A DNA stretch of 63,120 nt, the filler included. It is 4 parts of 4 records of this genome, joined end to end, with 100 filler letters (N's around TTAATTAATTAA, not from the genome) between each part and the next. Parts side by side here need not be neighbours in the genome. Positions count along the whole stretch, not along the records: positions 7,585 to 24,707 come from SRR22947727_1043; 3 more parts are not named here. One strand, written 5' to 3'. The notes below the pieces were generated by a model. That model was not told where the DNA came from, did not search any database, and saw nothing but the letters and a program-made list of their open reading frames with translations. Below, one piece after another: positions 10,377 through 20,740 of the stretch (within the stretch, counting starts at the first letter, position 1; each line of letters begins with the position of its first letter). Both the position numbers and the translations under genes were made by a program.

Positions 10377-11522
10377 ATGAGTACAAAGCAAATTTTTTTA
10401 AAAGCAAAGTGGGCATCACTAATTGCAATCTCAGCACCTATGATAATGTGGGTGTTTTTACTTGGTCATATCCCAATAATATATGAGAATTTAAATTTGT
10501 CTGAGACAAGTTGGGGGGTATTTTTATTAATCTTTGGAGCAATGCAAATATTATCAGGGCAGATATTTTCAAGACTTGTCACCCCTAAGTATGGAACAAA
10601 GTTAATGATTTGTTTTGGTATTTTAATATTGTCAATTAGTTTTCTTGGAATTAGTTTTGTAAATAGATATGAAACTTTTTTACTAATAGCTGTTTTTTTT
10701 GGACTTTCTATGGGATTGATTATGCCATCAGCAAATTCTCATTTAGCATTAATAGAAGAGAAAACTAATCAAGTACTTCAGCCTATTTTTTGGGCATCAA
10801 TGAGTTTAGGGGCTGTTATTGGAGCATTTTTATCAATTTATTTATTAAATTTAAAATTCAGTATCAGTAATTCTTTTCCAATAATTTCTATAATAGGAAT
10901 TATTATAACCATTTTAGTTTATTATTTAGGACTGCCTAAAGATAAGGATTATTTTGGTAAATCTGAAAAATTCTCATTACCAGATAAAAAGGTAATAATT
11001 TTTGGGGTAATTCTTTTTTTTGAATTTGCAACAGTAGGTATAATAATGGAGTGGTCACCTTTATGGATCACCAATAATTTAAATGCTCCTTTATTTTTAG
11101 GAGCTCTAGTTTTAATTGCGTTTCATGCTGGAGAAATACCTTCAAGAATATTTGGTGCCTATTTAATAAAATTTTTTGGTGAGTTAAGAATTGGCTTTCA
11201 TTTAGTTATAATAGGATGTTTTTGTTTATTTGTTTCAATAATTACTATGCATTATATAATAATAGCAGTAGCTGCATTTATTTTTGGTTTTGCAACAGGA
11301 AACACGAACCCAATTGTAATAAGGCAGGCAATTAAATCTACTAATGAGAATATTCCAACTACTATAGCAAATTTAATGACATTGGCATTTTCAGGATTGA
11401 TGATCGGACCAGGTATAGTTGGCTTAACGGCTAAATATATGGGCATGACTTTTAATATGTATTTATTACCAATAATTTGGGCAATGTGTGCTATTATTTT
11501 TTTGCTAAATTTCAAAAAATAA
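10377..11522 (+). CDS. MFS transporter
   Basis: About 12 hydrophobic segments; EWSPLW, GLMIGPGIVG. Confidence 0.8.
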   Translation: MSTKQIFLKAKWASLIAISAPMIMWVFLLGHIPIIYENLNLSETSWGVFLLIFGAMQILSGQIFSRLVTPKYGTKLMICFGILILSISFLGISFVNRYETFLLIAVFFGLSMGLIMPSANSHLALIEEKTNQVLQPIFWASMSLGAVIGAFLSIYLLNLKFSISNSFPIISIIGIIITILVYYLGLPKDKDYFGKSEKFSLPDKKVIIFGVILFFEFATVGIIMEWSPLWITNNLNAPLFLGALVLIAFHAGEIPSRIFGAYLIKFFGELRIGFHLVIIGCFCLFVSIITMHYIIIAVAAFIFGFATGNTNPIVIRQAIKSTNENIPTTIANLMTLAFSGLMIGPGIVGLTAKYMGMTFNMYLLPIIWAMCAIIFLLNFKK

Positions 11523-11525
11523 TTT

Positions 11526-11600
11526 TGGCTCCCCGGGCCGGGCTCGAACCAGCGACCGATCGGTTAACAGCCGATTGCTCTACCACTGAGCTACCGAGGA
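11526..11600 (-). tRNA. tRNA-Asn(GTT)
   Basis: TCCTCGGTAGCTCAGTGGTAGAGCAATCGGCT-GTT-AACCGATCGGTCGCTGGTTCGAGCCCGGCCCGGGGAGCCA; cloverleaf, encoded CCA. Confidence 0.97.
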
Positions 11601-11648
11601 ACACAATTGGTCTGTTAATAACAAAAAGAAAAAAAAACAAGTAAAATA

Positions 11649-11722
11649 TGGAGGCTCGGAGCGGAATCGAACCGCTGTGCAAGGCTTTGCAGGCCCCTAC
11701 ATAACCACTCTGCCACCGAGCC
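11649..11722 (-). tRNA. tRNA-Cys(GCA)
   Basis: GGCTCGGTGGCAGAGTGGTTATGTAGGGGCCT-GCA-AAGCCTTGCACAGCGGTTCGATTCCGCTCCGAGCCTCCA. Confidence 0.97.
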
Positions 11723-11855
11723 AAATTTTTTGGACAATTAATCTGTTATTAACTTCAAGTCAATTAATCAAAACTATAAGATTGCAAAATAAAAAACATA
11801 TCAATTATATAAGTAGTTATATATACAAACTACTTATAATTTACCCAATACAGCT

Positions 11856-12506
11856 ATGAATTTAGAAAAAAATCGTGAAGTGATGATAGAAAATCAGCTC
11901 AGACCAAATAAAATAACAAACAACGATGTTTTGCAGGTATTCATGAGCACTAGTAAAGAAAAATTTATATCTGAGGATAAAATAAATATTTGTTATTCTG
12001 ATCAAGATATATCAATTAAAGATCAGAGGGGGTACCTTAAGAATCTACATTTAGCTCAAATCTTACATTTTGCTGAAATAAAAAATAATGAAAAGGTTTT
12101 ACATATTGGTGGGCTTACAGGTTACCTATCTGTGTTAATAGCAAAGTTGTGCAATAAAATTTATGTAACTGATAATGATCCAGAGTTTGTAGAAAATATA
12201 ATAAATAATTTCAAAAATAATGAAGTAACAAATGGTAAAGTTATAAAAGAAGAATTTTCAGAGGGCTTGAAGGGTGAAGAACCTTATGATTTGATAATTA
12301 TCGACTGTCCACAATATAATTTTAATCTTGATTTACTAAGTCAAGTAAATGTGGGAGGAAGGATTATATATATTGAAAAAATAAATGAAGAACTATCTAA
12401 AGCTTATAAAATGATAAAATATGAAGATAATTTTTCTAAAGTTTTTCTGTTTGATGTTTTCTCTAATTTTTATCTTACAAAACAAGAAGAAAGGTTTAAT
12501 TTTTAA
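11856..12506 (+). CDS. pcm: Protein-L-isoaspartate O-methyltransferase family protein
   Basis: REVMIENQLRPN, KVLHIGGLTGY, EPYDLII; upstream of tolC. Confidence 0.8.
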   Translation: MNLEKNREVMIENQLRPNKITNNDVLQVFMSTSKEKFISEDKINICYSDQDISIKDQRGYLKNLHLAQILHFAEIKNNEKVLHIGGLTGYLSVLIAKLCNKIYVTDNDPEFVENIINNFKNNEVTNGKVIKEEFSEGLKGEEPYDLIIIDCPQYNFNLDLLSQVNVGGRIIYIEKINEELSKAYKMIKYEDNFSKVFLFDVFSNFYLTKQEERFNF

Positions 12507-13789
12507 TGAAAAAGATATTCATAATTATAATCATTTTATTTTCTAAAATTTCTTTTGCTATTGATGTTGATGATGCGATTAAAAGCACAATTGAAAATAA
12601 TCCGAAGGTTAAAATTGCATTTGAAAAATTAGAAGAGTCAAAAGAATTAATTGAGAATGCTTACAATCAAAAACTACCTACTATAACAAGTACAATCTCT
12701 GGCACTTACTCAAATTCTGACTCATCTACTGCAACGGCTTCCACTAGTCCTGAGTCGTTTACCGATAAATATAAATTATCACTAACTCAAAACCTTTATG
12801 ATGCTGGTGAAAAAAATTTAGAAATTGAAAGATCGAAAATACTATTTGATAAAGAAATTATTAATTTTAAAATATCAATCCAAGATCTTATATTAAGTGC
12901 TATTAATGGATATTTGACTGTCATAAATTATGAAAAATCACTTGAAGCAAGTAATAAAAATTTTGACTCAGTAACAAGATTTTTAGATGAAACTAAGACA
13001 AAATTTGATTTAGGGTCTGCTACACTTTATGATTTACAAAATGCTGAATCAGCATTTGCTATAGCTGAAACAAATTTATTTATAGCTCAGCAAAATTATG
13101 ATGTTAGTAAAATTACATTTAATCGTATTGTAGGATTAGAAGCTGTAAATTTAGAGGACATTATTGATTTAAATAAAAATATAAGTTTGAAGCTTTTCAT
13201 TCAAAATGTTGAAAATAATAATTATTCCTTAGCTTTGCTTGATAATGATACTCGTAATATAAATCTTCTTTTGGCTATTGAGAAATTAAGCAATAAACCT
13301 TCTCTAGATTTATCAACTTCTGTGGAATATTCTGACTCTGGAAGAATTGACTCGGGAACAGAAAAAACAAACGGAACTATTGGTTTAACTTTAACGATCC
13401 CTGTCTTTCAAAAAAATAATGATAAATCAGAAATTCGTAAATATCAGTCTAAACTTTTACAGTCTGAATTAACCTTTGAAGACACAAAGCAAGATCTTAC
13501 TATTCAAGCATCAAATTTGTATAAAAATTATTTAATTAGCAAATCAAATATTTCTTCCAATAATAAACAATTAAAATCTATTCAAACATCTCTGGACAGT
13601 ATTAAAGAAGAATACAAGATTGGAACCAAAACCATAACTGATTTAATAGATGCTGAAAGTGAACTACTAGATGTCAATGTCAATTATCACTCATCGAGAA
13701 AAGACATGATTTTAAATTATTTTAATATTTTGGCTCTTGAAGCAACTTTATTAGAAAACTTTGAAAATTATCTTCCTGATTATAATTAA
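12506..13789 (+). CDS. tolC: TolC-family outer membrane efflux protein
   Basis: Signal peptide, ENNPKV, FDLGSATLYDL, YKIGTKTITDLIDAE. Confidence 0.88.
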   Translation: MKKIFIIIIILFSKISFAIDVDDAIKSTIENNPKVKIAFEKLEESKELIENAYNQKLPTITSTISGTYSNSDSSTATASTSPESFTDKYKLSLTQNLYDAGEKNLEIERSKILFDKEIINFKISIQDLILSAINGYLTVINYEKSLEASNKNFDSVTRFLDETKTKFDLGSATLYDLQNAESAFAIAETNLFIAQQNYDVSKITFNRIVGLEAVNLEDIIDLNKNISLKLFIQNVENNNYSLALLDNDTRNINLLLAIEKLSNKPSLDLSTSVEYSDSGRIDSGTEKTNGTIGLTLTIPVFQKNNDKSEIRKYQSKLLQSELTFEDTKQDLTIQASNLYKNYLISKSNISSNNKQLKSIQTSLDSIKEEYKIGTKTITDLIDAESELLDVNVNYHSSRKDMILNYFNILALEATLLENFENYLPDYN

Positions 13790-13826
13790 CTTTAGTATTT
13801 CTTGTACTTAATTTATAAGTAATTTT

Positions 13827-14105
13827 ATGTCTAACAATGAGTCTATAAAAGACACACTCGATGTGATTAGAAGAGCGCTAGAGGATAAGGGCGATTTTAG
13901 TGAAAAAAATGAAAATGTTCTTATTTTAAATAAAAAAGTCAATGATGATGGCACTGTTAAATTATTAAATCAATCGGATGATATTAATGCAATTAATAAA
14001 GTGATTGATAAAAAATTAGATGATTTAATGGAAAAAAAAATGACTACCATGCTAGAAAATCAATTACCTATTATATTGGATAACTACTTCAAAAATAAGA
14101 AATAA
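13827..14105 (+). CDS. popZ: Probable minimal PopZ-like (DUF2497) pole-organising protein
   Basis: N-terminal helix ESIKDTLDVIRRALED resembles PopZ H1; position pcm-tolC-X-valS. Confidence 0.6.
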   Translation: MSNNESIKDTLDVIRRALEDKGDFSEKNENVLILNKKVNDDGTVKLLNQSDDINAINKVIDKKLDDLMEKKMTTMLENQLPIILDNYFKNKK

Positions 14106-14106
14106 T

Positions 14107-16734
14107 ATGGAACTTTCAAAATTTTTTGATTTTCTAGAAGATGAAAAAAATATCTATTCTGATTGGGAAAAATCTAACAGCTTTAAATCAAAAAAAAATA
14201 AAGAATCTTATTCAATTATGATGCCTCCCCCAAATGTTACAGGAAGTCTTCATATGGGCCATGCTTTAACTTTTACTATTCAAGATATATTGATTCGCTA
14301 TCATAGAATGCAAGGGAAAGAAGTTTTGTGGCAAGCTGGTACTGATCATGCAGGTATTGCAACTCAAATGGTTGTAGAAAGAAAGTTATCTGAGCAAGGG
14401 ATAGATAGAAGAACTTTAGGAAGAAAAAAGTTTATAGAAAAAGTTTGGGAATGGAAAAAAGAATCTGGAGGAAGTATAAATAATCAATTGAGAAGATTAG
14501 GTGCTTCTGCTGACTGGTCACGTGAAAGATTTACAATGGATGAAGGTCTCTCAAAAGCTGTTAAAAAAGTTTTTGTAGATTTATACAATGATGGAATTAT
14601 CTATAAAGATAAAAGACTTGTTAACTGGGATCCAAAATTATTAACTGCTATTTCTGATTTGGAAGTAGAGCAAAGAGATCAAGAAGGTAGCCTTTGGCAT
14701 ATAAAATATCCAATTGATAAAGATAATCATATAGTTGTAGCAACTACAAGGCCAGAGACATTATTAGGTGACTCCGCCGTTGCAGTTCATCCTGAAGATG
14801 CAAAATATAAAAATTTAATTGGTAAATTCTGTCAGTTGCCATTAGTTGATAAAAATATTCCAATTATTGCAGATGAATATGCTGATCCAGAAAAAGGTTC
14901 AGGAGCAGTCAAAATTACACCAGCTCATGATTTTAATGATTTTGAAGTAGGCAAAAGACATCAATTAGAATTTATTAATATTTTTGATGAATTTGCAAAA
15001 ATAAATGAAAATGCCCCAAAAAGATTTCAAGGGTTAGATAGATTTGACGCTAGAAAATTAATATTAGAAGAGCTTTCAAAATTAGGCTTACTTATTAAGG
15101 AAGAAAAACAAGAAATGGTTATTCCTTATGGAGATAGATCGGGAGTTGTCATTGAGCCATGGTTAACAGATCAATGGTTTTGTGATGCAAAAAAATTAGC
15201 AATAGATCCTCTCAAGTCAGTGAAAGAAAACAATACAACTTTTGTTCCAAAGAATTGGGAAAATACTTTTTTTAATTGGATGGAAAACATTCAGCCTTGG
15301 TGCATCTCAAGACAGTTATGGTGGGGCCATCAAATACCCGCATGGTATGGGCCAGATAATAAAAGTTTTGTTGCTTTATCAATAGATGAGGCAAAATTAA
15401 TGGCAAAAAATCATTATGGTAAAGAGGTAGAATTAAAACAAGACGAAGATGTATTAGATACTTGGTTCTCCTCAGCTCTTTGGACTTTTTCTACCTTAGA
15501 TTGGCCTGATAAAACATATGAACTTGACAGATTTTATCCAGGAAATGTTCTCGTTACAGGCTTTGATATTATTTTTTTCTGGGTTGCGAGAATGATGATG
15601 ATGGGGTCATATTTTATGAAAGAGACTCCCTTTAAAGATATTTATATTCATCCATTAATTAGAGATGAAAAAGGTCAAAAAATGTCTAAGTCAAAAGGAA
15701 ATATAATAGATCCATTAGTTTTATTAGATAAATATGGGGCGGACACACTTAGATTTACTCTAACAGCTTTGTTAAATCCTGGCAGGGATGTAAAATTAGC
15801 TGAAGAAAGAGTTAAAGGATACAAATCATTTACAAATAAAATTTGGAATGCGGCAAATTTTTTAAATATAAATGATGTTAAATTTATTGATCAAATTGAT
15901 ACTGAAACAATAAACTTAGATAGCAGTAAGTGGATATTAAAAGAATTTGAAGGAGTTCAAAAAAAGTATTTTGCAAATATTGAAAAATATCAGTTCCATG
16001 AAATTGCAAGTTTAATATATCATTTCACTTGGCATACATTTTGTGACTGGTATATTGAGTTTATTAAATCTGATTTTAAAGATCCTAAGAAATCTGAAGA
16101 AACAAAAAAAATTTCAGGATGGGTTTTTGTTCAAACATTAAAATTACTTCATCCAATAATGCCTTTTATCACTGAAAAATTATGGTTCTCTCTTGTTGAT
16201 AAAAAGTCTTTTTTAATGAGTCAGAATTTTATTAATGTAAATTTTGATCCATCTTTTGATAATAGCAAAAAGTATATATTAAAGATTATTGAAATATTGA
16301 CCTCTTTGAGAAATCTTAGAGCTGATTTAAACATTTCTTACAAGAATGAAATTGATATTATTATAGATACAAAAAATAGAAGCTTAAAAGACTTTATTAC
16401 AAATTATCAAACAGAATTTAAAAGATTACTCAAAATAAAATCAATATTATTTGAAGAAAATACAACGCAAAAAAAATCTGCTTTTATTGTGTTGAATGAT
16501 ATTACAATCTTAATACCTTTGGACGGCATAGTTGATATAGAAAAAGAAATTATTAAATTAGAAAATAAAAAAAATACCTACAATGAAAAACTAAAATCTA
16601 TTTTAGGAAAATTAAATAATAAAGCTTTTATTGAAAAAGCTCCTGATAATGTTATAGAAAATTTTAGAATTCAAGAGCAAGATATGAAATCTTCTATTGA
16701 AAAAATTAATGAAATAATAAATACTATAAATTAA
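14107..16734 (+). CDS. valS: Valyl-tRNA synthetase
   Basis: PPPNVTGSLHMGH, WCISRQLWWGH, KMSKS. Confidence 0.98.
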   Translation: MELSKFFDFLEDEKNIYSDWEKSNSFKSKKNKESYSIMMPPPNVTGSLHMGHALTFTIQDILIRYHRMQGKEVLWQAGTDHAGIATQMVVERKLSEQGIDRRTLGRKKFIEKVWEWKKESGGSINNQLRRLGASADWSRERFTMDEGLSKAVKKVFVDLYNDGIIYKDKRLVNWDPKLLTAISDLEVEQRDQEGSLWHIKYPIDKDNHIVVATTRPETLLGDSAVAVHPEDAKYKNLIGKFCQLPLVDKNIPIIADEYADPEKGSGAVKITPAHDFNDFEVGKRHQLEFINIFDEFAKINENAPKRFQGLDRFDARKLILEELSKLGLLIKEEKQEMVIPYGDRSGVVIEPWLTDQWFCDAKKLAIDPLKSVKENNTTFVPKNWENTFFNWMENIQPWCISRQLWWGHQIPAWYGPDNKSFVALSIDEAKLMAKNHYGKEVELKQDEDVLDTWFSSALWTFSTLDWPDKTYELDRFYPGNVLVTGFDIIFFWVARMMMMGSYFMKETPFKDIYIHPLIRDEKGQKMSKSKGNIIDPLVLLDKYGADTLRFTLTALLNPGRDVKLAEERVKGYKSFTNKIWNAANFLNINDVKFIDQIDTETINLDSSKWILKEFEGVQKKYFANIEKYQFHEIASLIYHFTWHTFCDWYIEFIKSDFKDPKKSEETKKISGWVFVQTLKLLHPIMPFITEKLWFSLVDKKSFLMSQNFINVNFDPSFDNSKKYILKIIEILTSLRNLRADLNISYKNEIDIIIDTKNRSLKDFITNYQTEFKRLLKIKSILFEENTTQKKSAFIVLNDITILIPLDGIVDIEKEIIKLENKKNTYNEKLKSILGKLNNKAFIEKAPDNVIENFRIQEQDMKSSIEKINEIINTIN

Positions 16735-18462
16735 ATGTCAGATAAAGGTTCAAATATCAAATCCAGACTCCCGAGTAGACATGTTAGTGTAGGTCCTAAA
16801 AGTGCACCGCACAGATCCATGTATTATGCAATGGGGATGACTGAAGAGCAAATTTATCAACCTTTTGTTGGAGTTGCTACAACTTGGAATGAATCAGCTC
16901 CCTGTAATATAACTTTAGGTAGACAGGCTCAAGCAGTTAAAAAAGGCGTTAAGGAAGTTAATGGTACCCCCCGTGAATTTACAACAATTACTGTAACGGA
17001 CGGCATTGCGATGGGGCATGAGGCAATGAAAGCTTCATTAGTGAGTAGAGAGGTTATTGCCGACTCTGTTGAATTGTCTGTAAGAGGACATTGTTATGAT
17101 GGTATTGTCGGTCTTGCAGGATGTGATAAATCTCTTCCAGGTTTGATGATGGCTATGGTAAGATTAAATATACCATCCGTCTTTATTTACGGAGGATCTA
17201 TCTTGCCTGGAAATTATAAAGGTAAAGACTTAACAATTATTGATGTTTTTGAAGCAGTTGGAAAACATGCTTCAGGTGAAATTGATGAAAAGGAATTAAA
17301 AAATATTGAAAAAGTTGCTTGTCCAACTGCAGGTTCATGTGGAGGACAATTTACTGCAAATACTATGGCATGTATATCAGAGGCGCTTGGACTGGCTTTA
17401 ACTAATTCTGCGATGACTCCAGCGACTTACGAGGAGCGGGATAATTATGGATTTGAAAGTGGTAAAGCTGTTATGGATTTGATTGAAAAAAATATTAGAC
17501 CTCGAGACATTGTTACTCTGGAGTCTTTAAAGAATGCTGCCGTTGTAGTTGCTGCTACAGGAGGTTCCACTAATGCGGCATTACATTTACCGGCTATAGC
17601 TAATGAAGCTGGAATTAAATTTACGTTAAGAGACGTTGTTGAGATCTATCAATCTACTCCATACATTGGAGATATGTCGCCAGGTGGAAAATATGTTGCA
17701 AAAGATCTCTACGAAGTAGGAGGAGTTCCTATTGTCATTAAATCACTTTTGGATGGTGGATATATCAACGGTGATTGCATGACAGTTACTGGAAAAACAA
17801 TTGGAGAAAATCACAAGAATGTTATTTTCCCAAAAGATCAAGATGTGGTTTATTCTTGTGATAATCCAATCAGTGATCATAGTTCTGTTGTTGGTTTATG
17901 GGGAAATTTAGCTGAAGAAGGGTCTATTTCTAAAATAGCTGGGTTAAAAAACTTATCTTTTAAAGGTAAGGCTAAATGTTTCGATTGTGAAGAAGATGCT
18001 CTTACAGCAGTATTAAAAAATGAAATTGTTGCAGGGGATGCTGTAATTATTCGTTATGAAGGCCCTAAAGGTGGACCTGGAATGAGAGAGATGCTCTCAA
18101 CGACAGGAGCAATTTATGGTCAAGGATTAGGTGACTCTGTAGCTTTAATTACCGATGGTCGTTTTTCTGGAGGCACGAGAGGATTTTGTATTGGCCATGT
18201 AGGACCGGAAGCTGCTGTTGGCGGAATGATTGGTTTATTAAAAGATGGTGATGAAATTATCATTGATGCAATTAAAGGTGAGATAAATGTTTCCTTAACT
18301 GATGAGGAAATAGCTAAAAGAAAAACAGAATGGAAACCTAGAAGCACTAATCATAACTCAGGTTCTATTTGGAAATATGCACAAACGGTTGGTCCTGCCC
18401 ATGAGGGTGCTGTAACTCAACCAGGAGCAAAAGAAGAAACGCACACGTACGCAGATATTTAG
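16735..18462 (+). CDS. ilvD: Dihydroxy-acid dehydratase
   Basis: [38 protein letters not shown]. Confidence 0.97.
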   Translation: MSDKGSNIKSRLPSRHVSVGPKSAPHRSMYYAMGMTEEQIYQPFVGVATTWNESAPCNITLGRQAQAVKKGVKEVNGTPREFTTITVTDGIAMGHEAMKASLVSREVIADSVELSVRGHCYDGIVGLAGCDKSLPGLMMAMVRLNIPSVFIYGGSILPGNYKGKDLTIIDVFEAVGKHASGEIDEKELKNIEKVACPTAGSCGGQFTANTMACISEALGLALTNSAMTPATYEERDNYGFESGKAVMDLIEKNIRPRDIVTLESLKNAAVVVAATGGSTNAALHLPAIANEAGIKFTLRDVVEIYQSTPYIGDMSPGGKYVAKDLYEVGGVPIVIKSLLDGGYINGDCMTVTGKTIGENHKNVIFPKDQDVVYSCDNPISDHSSVVGLWGNLAEEGSISKIAGLKNLSFKGKAKCFDCEEDALTAVLKNEIVAGDAVIIRYEGPKGGPGMREMLSTTGAIYGQGLGDSVALITDGRFSGGTRGFCIGHVGPEAAVGGMIGLLKDGDEIIIDAIKGEINVSLTDEEIAKRKTEWKPRSTNHNSGSIWKYAQTVGPAHEGAVTQPGAKEETHTYADI

Positions 18463-19244
18463 TTCTCTAGTGTAATCGTTACGGGTGTATGATCTGAAGC
18501 CTTTTCCCAACCTCTTGGTTCACGATTTACTTCAACATTATTTACTAAATCTGTAACATTAGCAGTTGTTAAAAAGTGATCAATTCGCAGACCATTACCT
18601 TTTTGCCATCCACCGCCTCTATATCCCCAAAATGTCCAATTGGTTTTACCTTCAACAAAGTGTTTAACTAAATCAGTAAAGCCCATATTAATTAATATTC
18701 GGTACTGCTCTCGTGTTAAAGGATGGGTGCAAGCATCATTTTTAAAATTTTCAGGAGAATATACATCATCATCTGTTGGAATAACATTAAAGTCTCCTGA
18801 AATGATAATTGGAATATTTTTGTTTTTTAAGCCTTGAATATAACTATTAAATTTTTTCATCCATTTAATTTTATAATCAAATTTTTCTGTTTCAATAGGG
18901 TTACCATTGGGAAGATAAATATTTATTAATTTAATATTCTTTTTTATTTTTTTTAACTGTATCTCTGTCTCAATGAATCTGGCATTTGGGTCATCGTATG
19001 TAGGAATAGATGTATTGGTAATTTCTAATTTTTCTTTGCTTAAAATAGCAACGCCATTCCATGCTTTTTGTCCATTTACATAAGAGTAATAACCTGCATT
19101 TTTTATTACTTCTTTTGGAAAACCATCTTCAATGGTCTTTAATTCTTGGAGTAAATAAATGTCTGATTGATCTTTTTTTATAAATTTTTCTAAATGCTCA
19201 ATTCTAGCATTAACAGAATTGACGTTCCATGTTGATATTTTCAT
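18459..19244 (-). CDS. xth: Exodeoxyribonuclease III
   Basis: [31 protein letters not shown]; start reassigned to ATG 19244. Confidence 0.95.
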   Translation of the reverse strand: MKISTWNVNSVNARIEHLEKFIKKDQSDIYLLQELKTIEDGFPKEVIKNAGYYSYVNGQKAWNGVAILSKEKLEITNTSIPTYDDPNARFIETEIQLKKIKKNIKLINIYLPNGNPIETEKFDYKIKWMKKFNSYIQGLKNKNIPIIISGDFNVIPTDDDVYSPENFKNDACTHPLTREQYRILINMGFTDLVKHFVEGKTNWTFWGYRGGGWQKGNGLRIDHFLTTANVTDLVNNVEVNREPRGWEKASDHTPVTITLEN

Positions 19245-19567
19245 TAAATAGAAAAAGAAGTGCCACAACCACAAGAAGACGATGCTTGAGGATTAGTTAT
19301 CTTAAAAGAAGAGCCAATTAATTCATGTACATAATCAATGGTTGAATTTTCGATTAATTCCATAGAAGTTTCATCTATCACGACATTAATTTTTTCTTCC
19401 TCAATTAATATATCATCATCATTTTTAAGATTTTCAAAATCAAACTTATATTGGAAACCAGCACAGCCACCGCCTAGAACGGTAATTCTAAAATAACTAG
19501 CTGAGTCTTTTTCTAAAATTGACGCTATATGATCCTGAGCATTATCTGTTATTTCTATCTTATTCAT
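19244..19567 (-). CDS. erpA: Fe-S carrier, HesB/IscA/ErpA family
   Basis: GGGCAGFQY, SSCGCGTSF. Confidence 0.9.
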   Translation of the reverse strand: MNKIEITDNAQDHIASILEKDSASYFRITVLGGGCAGFQYKFDFENLKNDDDILIEEEKINVVIDETSMELIENSTIDYVHELIGSSFKITNPQASSSCGCGTSFSI

Positions 19568-19618
19568 AATAAATTAATATATACTTACTTATAATTAGAT
19601 TTTATAGCATAATTTGCA

Positions 19619-20740
19619 ATGTTTGACCATTTAGCTGCCACACCAGAAACTAGTAAAGGTCGTTTATTTAAGGAGAATGACTCGGATCATAATAGAAGTC
19701 CCTACGAAAGGGATAGATCAAGAGTTATTCACTCAAGTTCATTTCGTAAATTAAAATACAAAACGCAGGTATTTATTGAGAGTGAAAGCGATTATTACCG
19801 GACAAGACTAACACACTCATTAGAGGTTTCTCAAATTTCACGATCTATTTGTCGATTACTAAAATTAAATGAAGACTTAGGAGAGACAGTAGCATTAGCC
19901 CATGATTTAGGGCACCCACCTTTTGGTCATAATGGAGAAAAAGCATTAAATATTGCTATGCAAGATCATGGCGGTTTTAATCATAATGATCAGACTCTCA
20001 GAGTCTTAACGCATATTGAAAAAAGACACCCCGATTTTAATGGATTAAATCTTACCTGGGAGAGCTTAGAAGGAATAGTAAAGCATAATGGAATAGTTAT
20101 AAGTAATATCCCTTTTCATACAAATTTCTATAATAACAAACATGACTTGTTATTGAGTAAGCAGCCGTTCTTGGAATCTCAAATTGCTGCAATTGCTGAT
20201 GATGTAGCATATAATAATCACGATGTTGAAGACGCTATTAGGGCGGGCTTATTATCTATTGATCAGCTTCAAGAAAATACTTTTTTTAACAATATAATTA
20301 ATCAATTAAAGAAAGAATATACTGTCATTGATGACAAGTTATTGATGTTCCAAGTCTTGAGAAAAAGTATGTCTTTAATGATTGAGGATATTTATAATCA
20401 AACTAATAAAAATATTCTTGATTTAGAGATTAAGACGAAAATAGATTTGCAAAACTGTAATGATTTTATAGTTACTTTTTCGCCTTCTATGCAATCCAAA
20501 GTACAAGATATAAAATCATTTTTATTTGATAATGTTTATAATCATCAAAATTTACTTGATAAAAGGCAAAATGTAGAAAAAATTATGTCGAATTTATTTA
20601 AATACTTTTATAAATCACCTAATAAACTTCCCGATGATTGGCGAAGTATAAATGAGCCCATAGAAAGGGTAATTTGTGATTATATTTCTGGTATGACGGA
20701 TAGATATGCCTCAAGACTTCATAAGGATTTATATGAATAA
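19619..20740 (+). CDS. dgt: Deoxyguanosinetriphosphate triphosphohydrolase (HD family)
   Basis: RTRLTHSLEV, AHDLGHPPFGHNGE, DYISGMTD. Confidence 0.93.
   Translation: MFDHLAATPETSKGRLFKENDSDHNRSPYERDRSRVIHSSSFRKLKYKTQVFIESESDYYRTRLTHSLEVSQISRSICRLLKLNEDLGETVALAHDLGHPPFGHNGEKALNIAMQDHGGFNHNDQTLRVLTHIEKRHPDFNGLNLTWESLEGIVKHNGIVISNIPFHTNFYNNKHDLLLSKQPFLESQIAAIADDVAYNNHDVEDAIRAGLLSIDQLQENTFFNNIINQLKKEYTVIDDKLLMFQVLRKSMSLMIEDIYNQTNKNILDLEIKTKIDLQNCNDFIVTFSPSMQSKVQDIKSFLFDNVYNHQNLLDKRQNVEKIMSNLFKYFYKSPNKLPDDWRSINEPIERVICDYISGMTDRYASRLHKDLYE

Noticed and set aside
11512-11859. ORFs 11512-11724 and 11677-11859
   Set aside because: They overlap tRNA-Asn/tRNA-Cys; spurious translations.
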